DNA of 64,000 bases from Azolla caroliniana. Its lineage: Eukaryota; Plantae; Polypodiophyta. Of this stretch, positions 12,611 to 24,559 are shown in pieces; position 1 is the first letter of the stretch; each line of letters starts with the position of its first letter. The notes beneath the pieces are model-generated. The model had not been told where the DNA came from. It saw only the letters and a program-made list of their open reading frames with translations, and ran no database searches. The stretch is from the NCBI GenBank assembly GCA_043228905.1, contig JBHGNT010000020.1:7006001-7070000 (forward strand). The letters are read 5' to 3'. The translations under genes were made by a program, and so were the position numbers.

Positions 12611-12957
12611 TGTTGGGAGACAGGTCCCTCCGGATGGGAAGGGAGAAGAACAATGCCGACGAACAATCTCGGCCGAGGCCGAAACCGGAAGAGGAGTACC
12701 CGGCTACGGAGAGTCGGATGGTGCAGATCCAGTATGAACCGGATGAGGAGTACCCGGCTACGGAGAGCCGGATGGTGCTGACCCGGTATGAACCGGATGA
12801 GGAGTACCCGGCTACGGAGAGCCGGATGGTGCAGACCCGATATGAACCGGATGAGGAGTACCCGACTATGGAGAGTCGGATGGTGCAGACCCGGTATGAA
12901 CCGGATGAGGAGACATATTGGTAAATATGTTTCTGAGAGTCCATCGAGGCTATATTC
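12611..12957 (+). mobile_element. Truncated Copia-type LTR with 54-bp tandem repeats
   Basis: TGTTGGGAGACAGGTCCCTCCGGATGGGAAGGGAG is the reverse complement of the end of solo LTR 36422-37364; about 4 repeat units. Confidence 0.88.
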
Positions 12958-13718
12958 TGAAAGACGAAAAACAGGCCGCGGAGAATAAGTTCGAAGATGG
13001 GGTTGGGGCGAATCCATGATTTGGTGCTGACATGGAGAAACCGGACGAAGAGACTAGTGGAAGAAAGTTCGGTTCAATGGTGGTCTAAATGGGTTAAGCA
13101 GGCAGCGGAGTTACAATTGCTGAGAGCGGATGCGGAGAATTAGAGGAAGGACGACGACGATTTCTATAAACTGGACGCGGAGAACATTCTAGCCATAAGG
13201 GAGGAATTGTCAGACGACTTCCTATCGTTAGCTAGGGAACAATTGGCAATGGTGAGTTGATTGGTGGAACAGTTGGACGACGACCAACTGTATACACAAC
13301 TCCAGTTCGAGCGGTATGAATGAGAATGGTGGCGAGAAGAGGTGGCCAAAATAACTGGGGCAATCAATATCAGTGACGAAGAGCAGTCTTCGGAGCAGGT
13401 GCCGAATGAAGCCGGAATTGGGGGAAGCCAGCTGAACAAAACTCCAGAGGAGCAGCCGAAGGATGAAAACCTGCACAACGGAAACCATCAATAGGAGGAG
13501 CCTAAACCAACAGTACTAGAACCGAAAGCCTCGAGACTAGTGGAACCGGACAGACCAGAGCAGTAGGAGTAGGAGCAGCAGTAGCAGACGACGATGGAGC
13601 AGCTACCCGATGAGCATTTAGAACCCTTGGACTAGAGCATTCTGGACATTTTGGAGAAAGATTGAAGGGCGAACCGTGGGATTTGACGTACAAGGTATTG
13701 TCCCACGGGCGTGCCATG

Positions 13719-14201
13719 TGTTGATCGACAAAGACTTAAAAGCCGGATAAAGTCCACAGTGGGAAAGGGATAATTATTTTAGAACCAGGAGTTGTTATCT
13801 ATAATTATTATATTTTGAGAAGCGAACGGATGGACCCGGAATCGGTATGCCGATCCGGATCCGAACCGGTTCGTGGCCGGTTGCTGGTTGGCACCGGTTC
13901 ATAACCCAGAGCCGGTGACCTATAAAAGGACCCAGTTAGATTGTAATCAGATAGCGGTTAATTAATGAAAGTGTTGTTGTTCTACATCTTGTTTAATCTT
14001 TGAAGCTTTAGTTAATTACCGTTCTATGCTTAATAGAATCTATCTTACGCGTGTATTATAATCATTAACCACGCCGGTTCGTAGCCGGTTAGGAATACGT
14101 TTGTATCACGGTCTACGCCGACCCCACTTGCACCACCCCTTTAGTGAAGTGTCCTAGAGGGACACCCTGTGTTAGGGCTAGTCCTGCCCCAAGGAGTAAC
14201 A
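13719..14201 (+). repeat. 3' LTR of Gypsy A
   Basis: TGTT...TAACA; TATA CCTATAAAAGG near 13919; homologous to LTRs 32545-32983 and 55886-56421. Confidence 0.85.
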
Positions 14202-14217
14202 ACACATGTAGAGGCGA

Positions 14218-14526
14218 TGTCATGATATGGCAAGACTCCAACCCATGACCTTAGGTTATATGGGTCGAGCTCTTGACCATTATATTATCTATTGTAATAC
14301 GTAGGATATTATTTTCATTTACATTTTGTTATAGGAAATCAATGTATATTCCAGATTTCTCTGAAACATTCTAGAAGCTTCAGGATTACTCGTGAGAACA
14401 CTATAAAAGAGGGCACTAGGCATTATGTTGAACCAAATTGGTTCAACGCCAGTCTTTAGCCTCATAGCCCTTTTGTACTTACTCTTCTTATAATATATAA
14501 TCTGTTATCATCATCTCTCGTCCTCG

Positions 14527-14570
<44 letters not shown>

Positions 14571-14695
14571 CTCTTCCTCTCTCGGGAGTCTTACGCAGTC
14601 CCATCCCCTTAGTACTAATAGTACTTCCCTTCTCTAGTACTAATTCTCTCTCTATTTAGTACTAATCCTATCTCTGTTTAGTACTATTCCTGGCA
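14218..14695 (+). repeat. 5' LTR of chromovirus
   Basis: TGTCATGATATGG...TGGCA; differs from the 3' LTR by a few substitutions and (CT)n length. Confidence 0.95.
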
Positions 14696-14766
14696 GTTTG
14701 AACCAATTTTTCCTTCTGTCTCTCTCCCTTCATACTAATCTCTTATTTCTCTTTTCTTTTCATCCC

Positions 14767-15918
14767 ATGGCCACAGTTAGCGCTCAGGAATATCAATCTG
14801 TTTTCTCGGAGTTTCAATGCCTAAAAGAGAAGTTCCTTGCTTTGGAACAAGAAAATCAACGGTTGTTGGGGGATCTTCAACAAATCTCCTTAGAAAAGCA
14901 GCAAACGCAACAACAACATGGGGAACTTGCATTACGCGTGCAACAACTCGAAGCAACCATCGTAGCGATGCAACAACAAAGCCCCGGAACACAAGGGATT
15001 CATAAGGAACCCAAGATTGGCCTTCCCACGAAGTTCGATGGAACACGATCGCAATTTAGAGGGTTCCTTAATCAGGTACGATTAGTTATTCAAATGCATC
15101 CTTCCCGATATCCTACCGATGCATCACGAGTGGGTTTAGTAGGGACGCTGTTAAGTGGCTCAACGTTGGCATGGTTCGCTCCACTGTTGGAAAAGGAGTC
15201 TCCATTACTCAACAACTTTGAAGAGTTTATAGGTGAGTTTAAAGCATGGTTTGGGGATACTGACAGCATAAGGACCACAATCAACAAAATCCGGCGATTA
15301 CGTCAAGGAGATCGTCCAGCCTCTGCATATGCTGCAGATTTCCGTGTACTTGCCGCTGACATCCCTTAGGATGATCAAGCGCTGATGGAGCAATTTCGTT
15401 ATGGTTTACGCAACGATGTCAAGGATTTACTCTTGACTTTCCCCGAAGAGCCAAAGTCCTTAACAGAAGCAATCAGTCGCGCGGTAAGATGTAATAACCG
15501 CCTCTTTGAGCGACGTTCGGAACGACAGCTACAGATGCCGAGGGCAAGATCAGAGCCCACCTACGCCTCAATGGTAGCAAAACCTTTACCCAGGGAGTAC
15601 TATAATGCGCCTCCAGTGAATACTCCGACTCTGATGGAGATTGACACTACACGTCGTCGAGGACCATTATCCGAAGAAGAAAAGCAGCGACGCCGAACAA
15701 ATCGACTATGTCTCTACTGCGGTGGACCAGGACACATTGCAATCAATTGTCCCCATAGGCCAAGAAGACAGGTAAACCAAATAGTTGTTAGTTCTAATTG
15801 TACTAAACCTGAGCCTATTACAGTAGGGATATCTGATAGTACTAATAGTACTAATAGCCTAGATCTAGCGAACAAATTTGATGTCCTTAGTCAGTTAGAA
15901 GAAGAGTTAAACGACTAA
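14767..15918 (+). pseudogene. gag: Chromovirus gag (one in-frame stop at 15367-15369)
   Basis: PTKFDGTRSQFRGF, LRQG...YAADF, LMEID, CLYCGGPGHIAINC zinc knuckle. Confidence 0.92.
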
Positions 15919-15957
15919 GTCCAGCCAAAATAGGAGCCGTTTGGTTGGACAACCCTA
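15906..15957 (+). promoter_or_regulatory. Predicted -1 ribosomal frameshift signal (gag to pol)
   Basis: G_TTA_AAC heptamer in gag frame; 6-nt spacer; 11-bp stem GTCCAGCCAAA/TTTGGTTGGAC; pol frame is -1 and open from 15891. Confidence 0.75.
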
Positions 15958-18900
15958 GATCTGTGCAGCCCATTAGTGGTTCCATTCCCTCTAAGCATGT
16001 TAGCAATATGTTCGTAGCCCAAGTAACAATTAGTACTAAAAGTACCCCTCCAGTACACGTCTTAGCACTTCTAGACTCCGGAGCTAATTCTTGCTTTATG
16101 GATAGGAATTTTGCCCAAGCTCATCAGATATCTCTTAGAAAACTTTCGTGTCCAGCCTCTGTAGTCGTCATTGATGGTCGTCCCATTGCTTCCGGAAATA
16201 TCATAGAAGAGTCAGAACCCGTTAATATTGTCCTAGATAACTTAGCATGTGTAGTATCATTTAACATTATTAGTATCCCAGAACACCCCATCGTTTTGGG
16301 ATTACCATGGTTCGAGTTACATAACCCAGACATAGATTGGAGAACAAGAGAAATCCAGTGTCGACAAACCCGAGGATCTACTCAGAAGATTGCCACCATT
16401 TCACTACATCAGTTGCGGGAAGAAGGACGCAAGGAAGAAATGTTTCTCTTCGCAATATCACTAAAACCCTCCGACACCATTAAAGAGGAGTCCACCGTTC
16501 AGCTTCCAAAGAAGTATCATCATTATGCCGATGTATTCGATAAAGTACGAGCCAATACACTTCCTCACCATCGACCATATGATTGCCCCATCGATTTACA
16601 ACCGGGGAAAGAGCCACCATGGGGACCGATCTACAATTTGTCACCAACCGAGCTAGAAGTCCTTCGAGCCTATATAGAGGAGAACTTGGAGAATGGATTC
16701 ATTCGACATTCGAAATCTCCAGCCGGCGCACCCATTTTCTTCATCAAGAAAAAGGATGGCTCACTTTGTCTGGTGGTAGACTACCGTGGCTTGAATAAAG
16801 TTACAATCCGCAATAGGTATGCACTTCCCCTTATCTCAAGTCTTTTAGAACGGATCAATGGTGCCAGGTTCTTCACAAAGATCGACTTACAGGGGGCCTA
16901 TAACCTCGTACGGATCCGACCAGGAGATGAATGGAAGACCGCGTTCCGCACTAGATATGGGCACTTCGAGTATACGGTCATGCCGTTCGGCCTCACTAAT
17001 GCGCCAACCGTCTTCCAGCACATGGCAAATGATATATTCCGAGATCTCTTGGATGTGTGTCTGATCATCTACTTGGATGATCTACTGGTTTATTCAAAAA
17101 CCGAAGAAGAGCATGATTCTCATGTACTATTAGTACTAAAACGACTTCGAGAACATGGTCTTTACGCAAAGCTAGAAAAATGTAGTTTTGGGTGCAACAA
17201 AGTGGAATTTCTCAGCTACGTCATTTCCTCAGAAGGCATCTCCATGAACCCAGCTAAGGTCAAGACAGTGGTAGAATGGCAGGCTCTGCGTTCGGTGCGG
17301 GATGTGCAATGCTTTTTCGGGTTTGACAATTTTTACCGAAAGTTTATACAAGATTACTCAAAGCTCGTTCTGCCTCTCACATAGCTTACCAGGAAGGGAC
17401 AATCGTTTGTTTGGTCTGAAGAAGCAGATATGGCTTTCGAGAGTCTTAAAAAGGCATTTACATCAGCTCCAATTCTAGCTCATGTCGATGCGGAACTACC
17501 ATTCATTATCGAAGCTGACGCATCGGATTTCGCATTGGGGAGCATTCTGTCACAACAGGGGAATGATGAGAAGCTACATCCTGTGGCTTTTCACTCACGC
17601 AAGTTTGACGCCGCCGAAATCAATTACGAAATTCATGATAAGGAGCTATTAGCAATAGTGGACTCGTTTATGCAATGGAGGCATTTTTTAGAGGGGTCCT
17701 CCCATCAAGTCACTGTATTCAGTGATCATAAAAACCTTGCCTACTTTCAGGATGCTCGAGTGTTAAATTGACGTCAAGCTCGGTGGGCCCACTTCCTCAC
17801 GCGTTTCGACTTCAAAATTACATATCGTCCGGGGAAGCACCAAGGGAAGGCAGATGCATTATCACGGCGTTCGTATCTAACACCGTGTCCCGGCGAGCCG
17901 GCTTTTGATAACCAAAAGCAAGTAATCTGGGGACCGGCACGACTGCAAGCAACACAGGTTTTTGGCATGCCCATGGATTCCCACGTTATCAATATCATAC
18001 GTGCGGACCTGAAGACAAATGTTTTCGCCCAAGCTATACTAGCACAGATTGATCCCTCTCGAGCGTCGTGTTCACAGTCACAACCACCAGGTACGGACTA
18101 TCGGCAATTCAAATACCATGATGGATTACTCTTCTTTAAAGAACTTTTGTATGTTCCTAATGGTTCTTGCCGCCTTCGAGTAGTACAAAACTGTCATGAC
18201 ACATATACAGCTGGGCATTTTGGTAGTACTAAAACATTAGATTTAGTACAACGATCATTCTGGTGGCCCCGTATGCGACAATTTGTCGAAGATTTTGTTC
18301 GGACTTGTGATACATGCTGCAGAGCGAAAATGCCGAGGCATCATCTCTATGGTTTATTAGAACCATTACCAATTCCAAGCAAGCCATGGCAATCCATTGC
18401 TCTCGACTTCATCACAAATCTTCCAGTCTCTAAGGGGTTGAATGTGATTCTAACAGTGGTAGATCGATATATGAAGATGGCTCATTTCTTGCCATGTACT
18501 AAGGAAATCTCAAGTGAAGACCCCGCCGAAATTGTCATGCGTGAAGTATGTCGGCATCATGGACTCCCCGATAGTATCGTCAGCGATCGTGGACCCCAGT
18601 TCGTGTCAAAATTCTGGAAGCACCTTTTTAAAATGCTCAAGGTCACTTGTAACCTCTCCTCCGGCTACCACCCACAAACCGACGGCCAAGCCGAACGAAC
18701 AAATCAAACGCTGGAGCAGTATTTGCGGTGCTTTCTCAGCTATCATCAGGATAACTGGGTAGATATTCTCCACTTCGCCGAATTTTCCTATAATAACTCT
18801 ATCCACGCATCCACTAAAGTTTCGCCATTTTATGCTTATACGGGATGTCACCCTCGGTGGAGTGTACTTGAAACCCCAGAGGTGTCCATAAATCCTTGCG

Positions 18901-19502
18901 CGGAGGATCGTTTGGAGCAGTTACGCAAGATACAAGCTGATTTATGTACTCATCTCCAGCAAGCTCAACAAACACACAAGGTCTACGCAGATCGTCATCG
19001 ACTTCCATCTAGTTTTAACATTGGAGATTGGGTGTGGCTGCTACGACGACAAATCAAGACTACTCGCCCATGTGAGAAGTTGGATTATCGGCGATTAGGT
19101 CCTTTCCGTATTATCGGGAAGATTAATGATGTCGCTTTTCTTCTCGATCTACCTCCTCAACTTCGGATACATCCGGTGTTTCATAGTTCTCTCCTTGAAC
19201 CCTATCACGAGAGCACCATCCCAGGGCGTATTCTACAACCTCCACCCCCGATTGAGCTTGAAGATGGACCGGAGTACGAGGTTGCCGCCATCCTTGATTC
19301 CAAGATTGTTCGCAACAAGCTCTACTATCTAGTCGATTGGCTAGGCTATAGTCCCAGCGAACGTACTTGGGAACCGATCGAGAATGTGACCAATGCTCGT
19401 GCACTTCTTGAAGATTTCCATCGGCAATATCCACACAAACCGGGTCCTCCATCCAAAATGACTCGTGACACTCGTCGTTTTAAAGGGGGGATAGTGTCAT
19501 GA
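15909..19502 (+). pseudogene. pol: Chromovirus pol PR-RT-RH-INT-chromodomain (two in-frame stops, at 17382 and 17769)
   Basis: LLDSGA, KKKDGSL, YLDDLL, EADASDFALG, LDFIT, SDRGPQF, QTDGQAE, LGPF, EYEVAAILDS...YLVDWLGY...TWEP. Confidence 0.95.
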
Positions 19503-19803
19503 TATGGCAAGACTCGAACCCATGACCTTAGGTTATATGGGTCAAGCTCTTGACCATTATATCATCTATTGTAATACGTAGGATATTATTTTCATTTACA
19601 TTTTGTTATAGGAAATCAATGTATATTCCAGATTTCTCTGGAACATTCTAGAAGCTTCAGGATTACTCGTGAGAACACTATAAAAGAGGGCACTAGGCAT
19701 TATGTTGAACCAAATTGGTTCAACGCCAGTCTTTAGCCTCATAGCCCTTTTGTACTTACTCTTCTTATAATATATAATCTGTTATCATCATCTCTCGTCC
19801 TCG

Positions 19804-19867
<64 letters not shown>

Positions 19868-19994
19868 TTCTCTTCCTCTCTCGGGAGTCTTACGCAGTCC
19901 CATCCCCTTAGTACTAATAGTACTTCCCTTCTCTAGTACTAATTCTCTCTCTATTTAGTACTAATCCTATCTCTGTTTAGTACTATTCCTGACA
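19495..19994 (+). repeat. 3' LTR of chromovirus
   Basis: TGTCA...TGACA followed by TSD GGCGA. Confidence 0.95.
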
Positions 19995-20023
19995 GGCGAT
20001 GGACTTCGATCAAGCTACCACGC

Positions 20024-20389
20024 GCTTTGATACCATGTAAGGAAATGAGAGTGATTATGTGCAACGGAAGAGATATGTGTGTGTGTGAGAGAGTAAGAGA
20101 TCTCGACGTATCCAGAAAACTAGTGAAGACTATATTATCAAGGAAAGAAAGTTACAAGAACGACCAACCACAACAAATAAGGTGGGAAGATGCCCATATA
20201 GTCCCCTTCTCCCTATATTCTCTTTCTACGACCACCTCTTAACTAAAGGCAAGTGGAGACTTAACTATGTTGAATATGTATCATAGAACTATAAGATTCT
20301 ATGACACACTAGTTACTACAGTAGGTGGTGGGGTATTCACACACTAGGGTGTGTTCCTACACTAGGGAAGTTGAGTTTGATTCTCAACA
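20024..20389 (-). mobile_element. 5' LTR (20036-20389) and Met PBS of a minus-strand Copia whose leader received Gypsy A and the chromovirus
   Basis: Minus strand starts TGTTGAGAATCAAACTCAAC (like LTR 5116); PBS TGGTATCAAAGC on minus at 20024-20035. Confidence 0.85.
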
Positions 20390-21273
20390 GACATCAATGG
20401 ATGATTCTGGTGGGAGGCGCAACGAGGGTTATGCCCATAGAGTGCTTGAAAAAGGTTGATGCGTGTCAACACCTGTACGGATGTATTGTAGGCGTCGGTG
20501 ATGAAAGGCAAGATTTGATCTTAGGTTTTGTTGCATGGATCGATGTAAGGTGCAACGACATTGAGGACATCCCCATAGAACTGGCGGCCTTGATCAGATA
20601 ATAGTTGGAAGGGGCTAGTGACGGAAAACGGATTGGCAATTGGCAGATAGAGATCAATCCCTCTTGTGGACTGAGGGGCACTTGGACTTGGCTGAGGTGG
20701 GGGACAGGAGGGTTACAAGCGGATAGAGACCAATCACTCTTATGGACTGAGGGCCACCTAGACTTAGTTGAAGTGGGGGACAAAGGGGTTATCGTGTCGG
20801 AGGGGGATTGTCATGGACACACCATGTGTTAGGACAAGGATTGGGGAAAGATCAAATGGCAGAGAAAGATCAATCCCTCCTCTGGACTAAGGGCCACCTG
20901 GACTTGGCCGAGGTGGGGGATAGGAGGGCTATAAGCGGATAGAGATCAATTGCTCATGTGGACTGAGGGCCACCTGGACTTTGTTGAGGTGGGGGACAAG
21001 AGGGCTATCGTGTAGGAGGCGCATCGGGCAACTCGTGGGACAAGAAGTTAGTGGGAAACCTAAGGTGAGGGGGAAGAGGTGGATGCTTGGACGTAGGGGA
21101 CTGGTACCCTACATCTCCACCAATATGTGAAATGCAAATAAGATATCAAAATCAGCCTAATTAGCTTCTTACTTCTTACTCAATTTATACTTGATACAAA
21201 GGTACCCATTTGGGTTGTCTTAGCTAAAGAGGGTGTGCTAAAAGGGTGGTATAAAGGATACATCCACACCACA
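20390..21273 (-). mobile_element. Internally deleted derivative of short-LTR Gypsy D (5' LTR 21126-21273)
   Basis: LTR homologous to 57328-57547; PBS TGGTGGAGATG on minus; integrase fragment matching 57960-58265; flanked by ATAT. Confidence 0.85.
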
Positions 21274-21607
21274 ATATGACGAGTAAGGAAGCTCTATTCG
21301 TGGGATTTCCAAAGCTTTTGTTTGTGCTAAATTCCCATGCTGATAGAGAGTACAACAACATAACCAAACTCTCTTCTTCTTCTTCTACCCCTCTCCTTTG
21401 TCTCTTTCGTCATGTGTGTGTCGCTTTCTTTTTGGTTTGAGTATATCTTACCAGTAACAAAGCTCTATCCATAGGCTTTCCAAAGATTATGTTTCTGCCC
21501 AATTTGATGGAAGAGATCAAAGATGAAGAAGAAAGAAAATACATGGCCCGAAATGCATGTTGAATATGTTGAATTCATGGTGTTTGGACTTATTTCTTTA
21601 ACAACTC

Positions 21608-21687
21608 GACAATTTGGCTGAGTTGCATACAGTGTTGGATTTAGTCTCCAATCTAGAAGGGTATGGGTTCAAATCCCATAGTTGTCA
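21608..21687 (+). tRNA. tRNA-Leu(UAG)-derived pseudogene copy
   Basis: GACAATT/AGTTGTC acceptor, TTGGA-TTTAGTC-TCCAA anticodon arm, GGTTCAAATCC B box; D arm damaged. Confidence 0.75.
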
Positions 21688-21748
21688 TTGTTTATTTTTT
21701 CTTTTAAAGATAGAAGATTGGAAATAATTCCCATAATAATTGTAATAT

Positions 21749-22691
21749 TGTAAAATGCACATAAGAGGTCAAAACCAGCCTAGTTAGCTTCTTACTCATT
21801 TAGAGTTGATAAAAGGTACCCATTTGGGTTGGCTTAGCTAAAAAGGGTGGCACAAATGAACACATGCACACCACATTTCCCCCTACGAGAAACAAGATAC
21901 TAAGGAGCAGCAGTAGGGGTAGGAACAGGAACATGAACATGAACAAGAACAAGACCAATGGCTTGTCAAAGGAGGGGGAGCATCTATCGGAGATAAAGCC
22001 CCCAAGTGGCATTATCCATGTTGACGGGCTTGGAATGGACGTCAATGGATGATTCTGGTGGGAGGCGAGGGTCACGACCATAGAGTGCTCGAAAAGGGCT
22101 GATTCGTGTGGCCATCTTTGGCTTGAGGGTCTTGTTGAGGCATTCGGTGAGACCATTTGTCTGAAAGAGCAATTGCTCTTGTGCAATGAGGGCCACCTGG
22201 ACTTGGTTGAGGTGCGAGACAAGAGGGCTATCGTGTATGAGGGGGATCGGGAAAGATCAATTGGTGGAGAAAGATCAACTGCTCTTGTGGATTGAGGGCC
22301 ACCTGGACTTGGCTGAGGTGGGGGATGGGAAGGCTATTGTGTACGAGCTAGCAATTGGCGGATAAAGATCAATCGCTCCTGTGGATTGAGGGCCAGTTGG
22401 ACTTGGCTAAGGTGCGGAACAGGAGGGCTATCTTGTAGGAGGGGAATCGGTGGAAACTCGTGGTACAAGAAGTTAGTGGGCGACCTAAGGTTAGGGGGAG
22501 GAGGTGGATGTTTGGACGTGGGGGACTAGTGCCCGTCATCTCCACCAACATGTAAAATGCACATAAGAGATCAAAACAGCCTAGTTAGCTTCTTACACCA
22601 TTTATAGTTAATACAAAGGTAACCATTTGGTTTGGCTTCGCTAAAAAGGGTGTGCTAAAAGGGTGGCACAAAGGAGCAGATGCACACCACA
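21749..22691 (-). mobile_element. TRIM-like 943-bp non-autonomous derivative of Gypsy D
   Basis: LTRs 21749-21875 and 22551-22691; 4-bp TSD ATAT; PBS TGGTGGAGATGACGGG and PPT AGGGGGAAA on minus. Confidence 0.9.
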
Positions 22692-23159
22692 ATATTATTC
22701 TCCTAGGAAAACAAGGCGATTATAAACAATAACCATGTGAGGAATTCATGGTTTTATATTGTAATCTTGACATTCTATAGATCTAGGATAAATAAGATTT
22801 CCCAAGAACAAGTGAGAAAACCAAACCGCAATCGATTGAAGAGATCGAACATAAAGAAGACAATATGAGAACCGTAATGTGTATTGAGTATGTGTAAATT
22901 GACAACACACGATTCTTAATTAATGTTATCGCTTCTATGACATATTACCAAATTAAATTTTCTATATCTCGTCACGAAGCTCGTTTCAAGTGTTTTCGGA
23001 TGCTTATGTTTGTGGCAAATTCTGTTGCTAATAGAAAGCGAAACAACAAAACCAAACTCTCTTATTCTTCTGTTACCCCTCTCCTCTGTCGCTTTCGTCC
23101 TATTTATCTCTCTGTCTCTTTACATTGGTGTTTATTGAACTTCTCTTTTTTGATAACTC

Positions 23160-23239
23160 GAGAATTTGACAGAGTGGTCTAATGCTTTATATTTAAGCTC
23201 CAATCTGTAAGGCCATTGGGTCAAATCCCATAGTTGTGA
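23160..23239 (+). tRNA. tRNA-Leu-derived pseudogene copy (degenerate type B)
   Basis: AGAGTGGTCTAA...GCTCCAATC...TCAAATCCCATAGTTGTGA aligns with other copies. Confidence 0.6.
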
Positions 23240-23314
23240 TTGATTATTTCGAAAGATAGAAGATTGGAAATAATTTCACGTAATAATTGTAATATTATTC
23301 TCCTAAGAAAACAA

Positions 23315-23394
23315 GGCAATTTGGCCAAGTGGAATAAGGTGTTAAATTTAGTCTCCAACCCAGAAGGACATGGGTTCAAATCCAATAGTTGTCA
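23315..23394 (+). tRNA. tRNA-Leu(UAG)-derived pseudogene copy
   Basis: GGCAATTTGGCCAAGTGG...TTTAG...GGGTTCAAATCC..AGTTGTCA. Confidence 0.7.
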
Positions 23395-24012
23395 TTGCTT
23401 ATTTAGAAAGATAGAAGATTGGAAATAATTTCCCATAATAATTGTAATATTTTTCTCCTATAGAAACATGACAATTATAAACAATAACCATGTGAGGAAT
23501 TCATGGTTTTATATTGTAAACTTGACATTCTATCGATCTAGGATAAATAAAATTTGCCATGAACAAGAGAGAAAACCAAAACTCAACCTATTGAAGAGAT
23601 TGAACATAAAGAACACAATACAAGAACTGTAATGCATATTGTAATTTTCACATTCTATCGATCTAGGATAATTAAGATTTCCCATGAACAAGAGAGAAAA
23701 CCAAACCTCAGTCTATTCAAGAGATCGAACATAAAGAAAACAATAGGAGAACCGTAGATTGACAACACATGATTCTTAATTAATGTTATCGCTTCTAATA
23801 CATAATACCAAATGAAATTTTCTATATCTCGTAACGAAGCTCGTTTCAAGGGCTTTTGGAGGCTTATGTTTGTGCTAAATTCTGTTGCTAATAGAAAGCG
23901 AAACAATAAAACCAAAGGGTCTTCTTCTTCTTCTACCCTTCCTCTCTCACTTTTGTCCTATTTATCTCTCTATCTCTTTACATTGGTGTTTATTGGTGTT
24001 TTTTAACAACTT

Positions 24013-24092
24013 TACTATTTAATGCAGTGCTCTAAGGTGTTATATTTAGGCTCCAATATGGAAGGGCATTGGTTCAAATCCCATAGTTGTGA
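24013..24092 (+). tRNA. tRNA-Leu(UAG)-derived pseudogene copy (type B)
   Basis: TCTAAGG..TTTAGGCTCCAAT..GAAGGGCATTGGTTCAAATCCC. Confidence 0.65.
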
Positions 24093-24559
24093 TTGATTTT
24101 TTCAAAAGATGGAAGATTGGAAATAATCTCACATAATAATTGTAATATTATTCTCCTAAGAAAACAAGGAAATTATAATGACAAACATGTGATTATTGCA
24201 AATTTATTAATTTATATTGTCGCTTATGTTACTGATTGCCAAATTAAGTTTTCTATATCTCATGACGACGCTCGTTTTAAGGGCTTTCGGAGTCTTATGT
24301 TTGTGCCAAATTCCCATGATCATAGAGAGCGCAAATACACATTCTTCTTCTACCCCGCTCTTGTGTCGCTTTCTTCATGTGTATATCTTTGTCTTTTTTG
24401 TTCGAGTATATCTAACCAATAATAAAGCTCTATTCATAGGCTTTCCAAGGCTTGTGGTTTTGCCAAATTCGATGGAAGAGATCGAAGATGAAGAAGAAAT
24501 ACATGGCCCGCAATGCATGTTGAATTCATGGTGTTTGGACTTGTTTTTTTCAACAACTC

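Larger units (their letters stand above)
10743..13610 (+). pseudogene. Extra sense ORF3 of Gypsy A (interrupted 11815-12957, middle deleted)
   Basis: Homologous to 52904-55823 (MALSE..KWF, MPKN...VDW.VII, SSVQWWSKW.KQAAEL). Confidence 0.8.
1..14201 (+). mobile_element. Ty3/Gypsy non-chromovirus (Athila/Tat-related) element, copy A; 5' end outside window, multiply interrupted
   Basis: PR-RT-RH-INT order across 1-10566 once inserts are removed; extra ORF 10743-13610; 3' LTR 13719-14201; homologous throughout to the element at 32545-56421. Confidence 0.9.
14218..19994 (+). mobile_element. Full-length chromovirus (Tcn1/Tf1-sushi-like Gypsy)
   Basis: LTRs 14218-14695 and 19495-19994; TSD GGCGA; PPT AAAGGGGGGATAG; C-terminal chromodomain. 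Confidence 0.96.

Noticed and set aside
13650-13675. Purine-rich stretch as the real PPT of Gypsy A/B/C (also ~55829 and ~30303)
   Set aside because: It lies 45-65 nt upstream of the LTR edge defined by 5'/3' LTR identity and the CATTG TSD, and is poorly conserved among copies
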